Source: Chrysomallon squamiferum (lineage: Eukaryota; Animalia; Mollusca). Taken from it: 64,000 nt of DNA. The translations under genes were made by a program, and so were the position numbers. Below the pieces are notes generated by a model. The model was not told the DNA's origin and did not search any database. It worked only from the letters and a program-made list of their open reading frames with translations. Position 1 is the stretch's first letter. Each line of letters begins with the position of its first letter. Below, piece after piece: positions 55,277 through 64,000 of this stretch. The stretch spans positions 28,520,001-28,584,000 of the forward strand of contig CM022679.1 of the NCBI GenBank assembly GCA_012295275.1. Reading direction: 5' to 3'.

Positions 55277-55332
55277 AGTGTACAGCTATGCGGGACCTAT
55301 GTGGCGATCGATAGCCCAGCTTGGGTCAAATT

Positions 55333-55800
55333 ATGCGTTTTTCTGTTCGAAAATTGCTGAAACTTACAATAATAATCGGATCAGTAATAAGTTTGAACAT
55401 AATTTTGTTTATTAGTGAGGTAAAGATTTCGCAGAAGTGGGACATTGGTGACAGTTTTAGCCCGTCCGATAGAAGACATGGCGTTAGTGGTGAGAAACCT
55501 GTTGATACCAATATGGGTGCTCAACTTTCACTGCAGAACTTTCACAGAATTCAGAGAAGTGCAAAGTCGATGTCAGACAGCCAGAAAAGACCAGTGGTCG
55601 CTAAGATAGTGCATAAAACGAACTTTAAAAGTTTTAATAATAATCCTAGGAAAGGAAGAGATACGCATGTGACTGTAAATAACAAACACAGACAAACAGA
55701 ATTATCGGACGTGTTTATAAGTGTAAAAACGACAAAGAAATTTCATGAGTCCAGGATTAATTTGTTGCTTAAAACATGGTTTGCTCTGGCCAGCGATGTG
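55333..55800 (+). CDS. fng: Fringe (O-fucose beta-1,3-N-acetylglucosaminyltransferase) exon 1: type II membrane anchor, stem, start of catalytic domain
   Basis: MRFSVRKLLKLTIIIGSVISLNIILFI (signal-anchor) ... TELSDVFISVKTTKKFHESRINLLLKTWFALASDV|gttagt. The DVFISVKTT..FH..R..LLL.TW motif is diagnostic of fringe. Confidence 0.94.
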
Positions 55801-56975
55801 GTTAGTATTTATTTTATAGTATTCTGAATAAACACTTACTATAGTATTATTTAATTTATTATAATAATAATAATTATTATTATTATTATTATTTTGTTGT
55901 TGTTGTTGCTATTAAAACAGTAATAATAATAAATTTACTTTAGTAAAAGTTTAAAACATACATTAAATATATATTTTAAATATAAGTAACTTGTATGAAA
56001 ATTAACTTGAAAAAAATAAAATATTTTGTTTCTAAAAGATTTATAATATTTAATACCAAAAACCAAAACATAAAAATATAAATTTCTGATAAATGCATTC
56101 AGAAACTTAATTAAAGCAGTACATAAATTTCTATTAAAACTATGATTTAAAAAAAAATAAATAAAAAATTAAATCTATTCAGTGAAATATCTCAACAAGT
56201 AGCAGTATGGACAAGTTAAAAGTCCAGATTGGAGAGTGTTCTGTTTACTGAGTTTTAAAAATTTTTTTATTAACTTGATAAATGACTAGAAATCCTTTGA
56301 TTTGCAGAAGATCTTGTTAACTGTTGGTCTGTTTCAAGTTGTTTAAAATACTGTTAACAGAGTTTCTCTTTTCAGTTTAACTTTAAATAAATACTGATTG
56401 TTGTCTAAGTTATCTCTAACATCATTATTATATTATTCTGCAATGTTAATATTTTTTCTTTCTTATATAAAACAAGATAATATATATTTGTTATTATTAT
56501 TTCTAAAAACAAGAGTTGTTATACAAATTACATATAAAAATTAACATTATTATGAGCAAATATTTATATTTCAAGTTAAAATAGTTAAATGTTTGATTAA
56601 AATTTAAAAAGATATTAAAACAGATACACAGATACATATTTATCTGTATTTTTACAAACACACAGAATCATACATACAGACACACAGAAAGACTGCAATA
56701 TTACTATTGAATTAACTTGTAGATATTTAGAATTTTTAAACCTGATAATTAATTCTCTCACACTGAGAAGCTCTGTGTGATAAGATCAAATCTAAGATAA
56801 CTTACGAGTAAGCAGCAAGGCTGTTTTTCTCTCACAGAAATTCTTACATTATGTAATTTAAGTTTATTTACTTAATAACCATTAAGATAAGAAAAATCTG
56901 GAGGTTTAGTTAAAAACAAACATACCCTTAAAATCCCTCTTTTTAATTTTTAATTATTTAAAATTTTATTTTCAG

Positions 56976-57024
56976 ACTTACTTTTTCACAGACACAGATG
57001 ATGCTGAACTTAACAAATCATTAG
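56976..57024 (+). CDS. fng: Fringe exon 2
   Basis: tttcag|ACT...TTAG|gtgaga, 49 nt. Translates TYFFTDTDDAELNKSL. Confidence 0.93.
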
Positions 57025-57559
57025 GTGAGAGTTCAATATCTAATTAATTACATATTGTTAATTATCAACACTTGTAATTTCTAGGAATATTCTGTCACTG
57101 GAGACATGCTGGACCAATCCTCTTTTGTATCAGAAATATGGCTTTTTACCATTCCAACAAGTGCTCTGTGTTTAGTTTATCCGTCACTGTGTTCTTCCTG
57201 TCTCTGGAAAGGAGCACAATAGATATAACTTACAGCTAACTGATATATCTATCTGATAGAATAAAACCAGTTGTTTTCTTCATTTATATCATCTTTTATA
57301 TAATTATTATATAAAAAAATCTGACAGCTGATAACTAACTAATATTAAAATGTATTATTCATTCATTTGTCTGACATGTAATGGTTGTTTTGTTTGCTAA
57401 AAACCCCCACCTTGAGGCAGCCCTTTCCCTTGAAAACAACTCTCAGACTTGAGACACCTGACCAACCCTTCATTGTACAGATGTTAACCAACCATAACAA
57501 ATAGACAGTTAGAGAGGTTTGAAAACGTAAGTTCCTTAATTAGATGCAGGATTAGTGCT

Positions 57560-57625
57560 GGGTTTAGCACAGTGGTGGAGCAGTTCAGTAAGACATGACA
57601 GGTCATAAGATCAAATTTCCCCAGT
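57560..57625 (+). mobile_element. Possible degenerate tRNA-derived SINE head
   Basis: A-box-like TAGCACAGTGG followed about 35 nt later by a B-box-like AGATCAAATT. No complete cloverleaf or CCA. A similar head (TGGCACAGTAGGTAGAGCACTCG) lies on the minus strand near 47220-47250. Confidence 0.3.
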
Positions 57626-58124
57626 TTTCATCTCCCCAGTTTACAGTTTTCTGAACAGAGTGAGGTCTGTACGTTCACCAGTAACAGAAAAATCTGAGGT
57701 TAATATTCTTCTGTACCTTGCAAGGAGGGAATTGTTTAAGTCTTGTGAAAAATAATTTGGCAGCTGAACAAGGGTTTTCACCTTGGATCTCATCTTTTGT
57801 GGACTTACATCATTTTCAAAAACATACCTGCATGTAATCTTATTTACCTGCTTAAAGGTTACAGTTTTTCTCTAAAAAGCTTCTTTTTTTTTTAAAAAAG
57901 ACAGTGTCAGGTACTTATTTTATTTTTAAAAAAAAAAAAAATTTTACTTTTTTCATTTGGATTTACATTTCTTTATTCAGTTTATGCTAATGATTATATT
58001 ATCAAAATAAATGTTTATTAAATTTTTATTTTCTAAATGTAATCATTGTATTATTAATTGCCTGGATAATTTTGAAGAGTAGTTTTTTAAATAGACATTA
58101 CTGCTACTGTTGTTATTGTTGATC

Positions 58125-58349
<225 letters not shown>

Positions 58350-58353
58350 TCAG

Positions 58354-58396
58354 GAGGACATCTAATAAACACAAACTGCTCATCAACACACAGCAG
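58354..58396 (+). CDS. fng: Fringe exon 3
   Basis: tttcag|GA...GCAG|gtaaga, 43 nt. Translates (G)GHLINTNCSSTHS(R). Confidence 0.93.
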
Positions 58397-58634
58397 GTAA
58401 GATTTAAACTGAAGTAGGGCATTCAGAATTTAGTTATAAAATATATATGTATCTTCCTTTAAAACTAGTTGTCATTTTATTTATTTATTTATCTATTTCT
58501 TTGTTTGTTTGTTTGGTTATTTATTTATTTAATTGTATGTATGTCTGTCTATTTAGATATTTATTTATTTACTTACTTATTTATTTATTTATTTATTTAT
58601 CTGTTTGTTTATTTAATTAATTAATTTATTTCAG

Positions 58635-58694
58635 GAAAGCATTATGCTGTAAGATGTCTATAGAGTATGATACTTTCATTGCATCCAACAAACG
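58635..58694 (+). CDS. fng: Fringe exon 4
   Basis: tttcag|G...AACG|gtgagt, 60 nt. Translates (R)KALCCKMSIEYDTFIASNK(R). Confidence 0.94.
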
Positions 58695-61253
58695 GTGAGT
58701 GATACACAGCATGTATGTGTGTGTGAGTGTGTGTTTATGTGTGTGCATGCAGTGTATGCATGTTAACAGATGACTGTAATATAGGAAATTAATGTGACAA
58801 CAGACTGTTGTGATTTAGCTGTTTTAGACACACAACAAACATAGCAGCCGATCACTGCTGATATTTCATCCCTTGTTTTGTAAACTGTGTTAGTATTTTT
58901 GGAGTTTGTGTTAGTTTAATTGTTGACTTTATTTCTGAAGTTGTTCTGTTTGAGTTTGTACTGAGACAAAACATGGTGTTCAGCAAAAATCACATTATTT
59001 GAAAGATGTGGACATGTTAAATTGTTTTTAGAAAACCTCCCCAATCCTGAAAATGTACTGAACTAGAGAAAGCTGCTTTAATAAAATCCATCAACAAATT
59101 GTATTTGTCATTAATGACTTTCAGAAAACAGTAGCTTCAACTGAAACAAATTGTTGACAGTAATTAATTTCTTTACAAATGTAGTTGTATGTGTGTGTGT
59201 GTGCTTTTTTTTTTAAGAGTTTATTCGTTTAAAAACTTTTTTTGGGGGGTGTAGATGTGTTTAATAACTGCAGTATAATATTATCGTGAACTGCTCCTGT
59301 TTGTGTTAATTGCCTGAATTTATTACTGTGTGTTATTACAGACAGATAAAAATGTTTTTTCAGACAAGCTATTACATATTGTGCAGATGTCATTCATTAT
59401 ATGTAAAATTTATTACACATCTGACTGTCCTGCATGCTATAGACACAAATTATGTTCATTTGTGTCTTTGTAGAGATTGTATGTTTGTACATGTGTATGT
59501 TGTGTGTTATATATGTTAGTAGATGAAATCTCATGTCAAAGTTCACAAAAATAACTGGATTAAATTTCTTATGTCCTTTTTTGAAAATATTAACTAAAAA
59601 AAATATCCAGTAAATTAGTTTTCAGAATTCGGAGGTAAAAAACTGATGTCTAGAAATCTGAGAAAACTAAATAAAGTAAAAATTTCAGTGTTCATAGTTT
59701 AAAATACCTGTAACAGAAGTGATAAACCTAACTGAAGAAAAATTAATATTTACCAAACGTTACAATTTGGAAATGGATACCTAAGAAACTTACAAAAGCA
59801 AATGATGAAAGAAATACATTTTCAAAGACTAATAACTGTATTTTTCATGTGAGAGGTGGCTGCTTCAAAAGTAAATATTATCTTAGAAATGATAGGCCTG
59901 GCTATTTCTTGATACACACTGATAACAACCAGACTGACACAGAGATAGCAAAAATCGTTTCAGTTCTGACTCTTAAGACTTGAGGTAATTTAGTACACAA
60001 AAACTATAGTAAAACCATTCATATAAGATCTTCTCTTTTTATTATTTTTTAATATTTTATTTTTTGAATATTAAATATGTATAGCATTTTATTTTAAATT
60101 ATTTTGAAAACAATTTTCTTGTGTACATTTATTTCTTATATTTACATTTCTTTTATTTTATTATTATTATTATTATGATTTTTTAATAGTATGTTTTTTT
60201 TTTCATATGTTAAATTCAAATATTTTTTTTTTTTTTTTTTTAATTATGTGTGAATAATTTTTAAATGAAAAGTGACAGTTAAATGATGATACTGTTTTAC
60301 AACCTGTAGAATGTTTGTTAGATATGAATACAACAAAATCAACAAGTTAACACTCAGCACAGAAGTTTTATAGCAGACATAAGATTCTTTAATTATCAAT
60401 AATATTTACTCATTAATGAAGTAATTACTTCAAGCTGAATGTGAAACAGTTTAGGAGATTTCTGTATATAATAGATAACTTAGGAATGTGTGTGATCAGA
60501 AAAGCTAGTTTGTGGCTGTTTAGTGGTGTTACCCAAGATCCCCAACTCCGTAGTTTAGTTCAATGTACATAAATCTGCACCTTCTTCTGTTTTGTTCCAT
60601 ATTGTTAACATTAACCACCACCACCCTTTTAGCAGGCTCATTGTTGTCTTCAGACACCCTAGACTCCCACTGCCAATTCACTGCAGCAGTCAACAAGGCC
60701 CACTTGAAAACACCAGTATCAAGTTTTTGTCCATTCAGTGTGTTCATGTCTGTGGCAGTGAGAAAGCCTGTGTCCCTGATCCGTTTTCTAAGATTTTCTC
60801 TGATTCCCACGGTCCCTGTCAGAGGCCATGTTAGGGCTAACAGGGTCAGGTTTCACTGGGTTTGTATAAAAACCAGCAGTGATTACAGACTTGACACAAC
60901 ACATTTAGCTTGTTGTTCAAAAAATGTTCTCTGTAATTTTGAAGCGATACTGGGAATAGAGTGTCTTAATACATAATATTTTCTCAACTTGTTTTGTTGT
61001 TTTTTTTATTTAAGGGAAGGGGTAAATTAGACTGGTGTTAATTGTTGTTGCAGCCTGTGTGGACTGGTTGATTCATTTCCTGTGAAAATGTTTTTTATTT
61101 TTTATTATTTACTGAGAACATGTGTTAATCATTTAGATTAGCAGGACTTGTCAGAAAAATATTAAAACTCTTTATGTAGTTACTTTTTAAATATTTAGAA
61201 AAATAATTTAATTAATTTCTTTTGATTTTCATTCTTTTTTTTCTTTTTCAATA

Positions 61254-61288
<35 letters not shown>

Positions 61289-61527
61289 ATAAATTCTTAT
61301 ATTTTTTCTTGCTTTTTCATTTTACTGTTTATAATTCATAATTCTTTCACTTATTTTGCTGAGTTTTAATTTTTTCTGTCTTTCTAGAGTCAGTGACCTG
61401 ATTCAAAATACATTCCTTTCTTTCTTTCAGTTTTAGTTCAAAAATAAGAACTCTTTAAATAAAAAAAACAACACAACAAAACAAAAGTAGCAACAACAAC
61501 AAAAAGAACATACAGCCCCTTCACACA

Positions 61528-61565
<38 letters not shown>

Positions 61566-61577
61566 GTTTTTCTTCAG

Positions 61578-61725
61578 ATGGTTCTGTCACATGGATGATG
61601 ACACATACGTCAACGTGCCGCAGTTGTTGAAGTTGCTACAGAACTATAACCACCGTGAAGACTGGTATCTGGGCAAGCCATCCTTGAAACACCCCATAGA
61701 GATCATAGACAGAGACAAACCAGGG
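61578..61725 (+). CDS. fng: Fringe exon 5 (DDD metal-binding motif)
   Basis: cttcag|A TGG...CCAGGG|gtcagt, 148 nt. Translates [49 protein letters not shown]. Confidence 0.96.
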
Positions 61726-61732
61726 GTCAGTG

Positions 61733-62675
61733 CTGAAACTTCACACACTGAAATAACACTTTACACACACTGAAATAATACTTTAACTTTCTACACACAC
61801 TGAAATAACACTTTAACTTTCTACACACACTGAAATAACACTTTAACTTTCTACCAACACTGAAATAATACTTTAACTTTCTACACACACTGAAATAACA
61901 CTTTAACTTTCTACACACACTGAAATAATACTTTAACTTTCTACACACTGAAATAACACTTTAACTTTCTACACACACTGAAATAATACTTTAACTTTCT
62001 ACACACTGAAATAACACTTTAACTTTCTACCAACACTGAAATAATACTTTAACTTTCTACACACACTGAAATAACACTTTAACTTTCTACACACACTGAA
62101 ATAATACTTTAACTTTCTACACACACTGAAATAACACTTTAACTTTCTACACACACTGAAATAATACTTTAACTTTCTACACACTGAAATAACACTTTAA
62201 CTTTCTACACACACTGAAATAATACTTTAACTTTCTACACACACTGAAATAACACTTTAACTTTCTACACACACTGAAATAATACTTTAACTTTCTACAC
62301 ACTGAAATAACACTTTAACTTTCTACACACTGAAATAATACTTTAACTTTCTACACACACTGAAATAACACTTTAACTTTCTACACACACTGAAATAATA
62401 CTTTAACTTTCTACACACACTGAAATAATACTTTAACTTTCTACACACACTGAAATAATACTTTAACTTTCTACACACACTGAAATAATACTTTAACTTT
62501 CTACACACTGAAATAATCATTAACACTCAAAATACTTTAATTTTCTACACACTGAAATAATCATTAACACACAAAATACTTTAACTTTCTACACACACTG
62601 AAATAATCATTAACACTCAAAATACTTTAATTTTCTACACACTGAAATAATCATTAACACTCAAAATACTTTAAA
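61733..62675. repeat. Minisatellite, 28-30 nt unit CACACTGAAATAA(C/T)ACTTTAACTTTCTACA, filling most of fringe intron 5
   Basis: Directly visible tandem units, alternating AATAAT/AATAAC variants, changing to a unit of about 50 nt after 62510. Confidence 0.95.
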
Positions 62676-62789
62676 CTGATTTAGTGACCACCATAGCTGT
62701 CACAGTTTTGATATCCCACCTGTTTTAGAAATTATCAGAAGTGTAACAGAATTTTGTTCCTGTGAAATGACTTACTTTGTTACTTACAG

Positions 62790-62875
62790 CAGAGATTAGC
62801 TTTCTGGTTTGCAACTGGAGGAGCAGGATTCTGTATCAGTCGAGGTTTGGCTTTGAAAATGATGCCATATGCAAG
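62790..62875 (+). CDS. fng: Fringe exon 6
   Basis: ttacag|CAG...GCAAG|gtacaa, 86 nt. Translates [28 protein letters not shown](S). The acceptor is a CAGCAG tandem. Confidence 0.96.
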
Positions 62876-63016
62876 GTACAAATTTTAATAAATATTTGTA
62901 AAAGACACAGAAAAATTAAGAAACTTGAAAATTAATACTTGTGATATTTATTTTTATCAAGTTCCATTATTCAGCTTTTGGATTTTTTTTTTTTTTCTTC
63001 ATCATTTCTTTCTGAT

Positions 63017-63051
<35 letters not shown>

Positions 63052-63358
63052 TTTTTCTTAATTTCAAACTTTTTGTTTTCTAATTTATTTTTTGTTTCTT
63101 TTTTATTTAACTTTTTTCTTGTTATTTGTTTTTCTCTAAATGATGACCAGAATGTCACTGCATAACTAATTTTAATATTTCTAAACTAATCTTATTAAAA
63201 TTAAAAATACCAAGTTAAAAGGGATTATACTGTTATTTATTTTTTTTAATGTTGGTGGATATGAATGTAAAAAATCCACCAAAATCTTTTTAAAAAATAC
63301 AATTTTTTAAAATATCACTAATTGAAAATTATTATTATTTTTTAAATTTTTGTTTCAG

Positions 63359-63429
63359 TGGGGGTCGTCTGATGACAACAGGAGAGAAAATCAGACTTCC
63401 TGACGACTGTACCGTAGGATACATAATAG
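63359..63429 (+). CDS. fng: Fringe exon 7 (LPDDCT catalytic motif)
   Basis: tttcag|T GGG...ATAG|gtgtgt, 71 nt. Translates (S)GGRLMTTGEKIRLPDDCTVGYII. Confidence 0.94.
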
Positions 63430-63810
63430 GTGTGTATCTTACAGTTTATAATAGTTATATTTTTATTTTAATAATAGGATACATAATAGGTATGTATCTT
63501 ACAGTTTATAATAGTTATATTTTTATTTTAATAATAGGATACATAATAGGTGTGTATCACTCAGTTTATAATAGTTATATTTTTATTTTAATAATAGGAT
63601 ACATAATAGGTGTGTATCACTCAGTTTATAATAGTTATATTTTAATTTTAATAATAGGATACATAATAGGTGTGTATCTTACAGTTTATAATAGTTATAT
63701 TTTTATTTTAATAATAGGTTACATAATAGGTGAAATGTTACAGTAGATGATGTAACAATGGTTATATTTTTATTTTAATAGTAGGTTACATAATAGGTGT
63801 GTATCTTGCA
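63417..63810 (+). repeat. Tandem array, 60-nt unit containing the end of fringe exon 7 and its splice donor; 7 donor copies
   Basis: GG(A/T)TACATAATAG|gt recurs with exon-side ends at 63429, 63489, 63549, 63609, 63669, 63729 and 63796. Confidence 0.94.
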
Positions 63811-63939
63811 GTAGATTATATAACAACAGTTTTATATAATATTTAAAATAAAAATATATAATAATAAAACATTTAAAAAAAAAAAATAAAAAAAGAAAAT
63901 CAAATCGTATAGCATCTGTAGTTAAGTTTGTGTTTTCAG

Positions 63940-64000
63940 ACTATGTGTTGAAGAAACCACTGACTACTATAAAAGAGTTTCACTCACATTTGGAGCCGTT
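63940..64000 (+). CDS. fng: Fringe exon 8 (truncated by the window end)
   Basis: tttcag|AC TAT... translates (D)YVLKKPLTTIKEFHSHLEP, containing the conserved FHSHLE motif. Confidence 0.93.

Noticed and set aside
60529-60976. Three overlapping ORFs in fringe intron 4 as a nested gene
   Set aside because: No recognisable domain and no convincing splice structure, and fringe exons 4 and 5 join correctly without them.

Overview
AT-rich, microsatellite-dense animal genomic DNA, probably from an invertebrate bilaterian (mollusc-like; the taxon is an inference). I reconstructed three spliced protein-coding genes by hand. (1) The 3' half of a netrin gene on the + strand, with exons from 12169 to 28144; its LN and LE1 exons are not visible and presumably lie upstream. 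(2) A complete 8-coding-exon syntaxin-8 gene on the - strand, 53014 to 39781, 236 aa, tail-to-tail with netrin as NTN1 and STX8 are in human. (3) Most of a fringe (beta-1,3-GlcNAc transferase) gene on the + strand, 55333 to the window end, head-to-head with STX8. The top finding is that the exon for netrin's LE2 (V-2) domain, which binds UNC5 and heparan sulfate, is present as two intact, diverged 189-nt copies separated by only 61 nt. This is the architecture of mutually exclusive exons. One copy changes the receptor-binding RRCR motif to RQCR, and the pair is surrounded by RBFOX-type GCAUG motifs. Other findings: a U12 intron with a non-AG acceptor in STX8, tandem arrays that multiply 5' splice sites in both STX8 and fringe (in frame in fringe), a shifted RGD in netrin, a CSL site at the fringe 5' end, and a mosaic CpG landscape. 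Nearly all ORFs in the supplied track are microsatellite or shadow artefacts.
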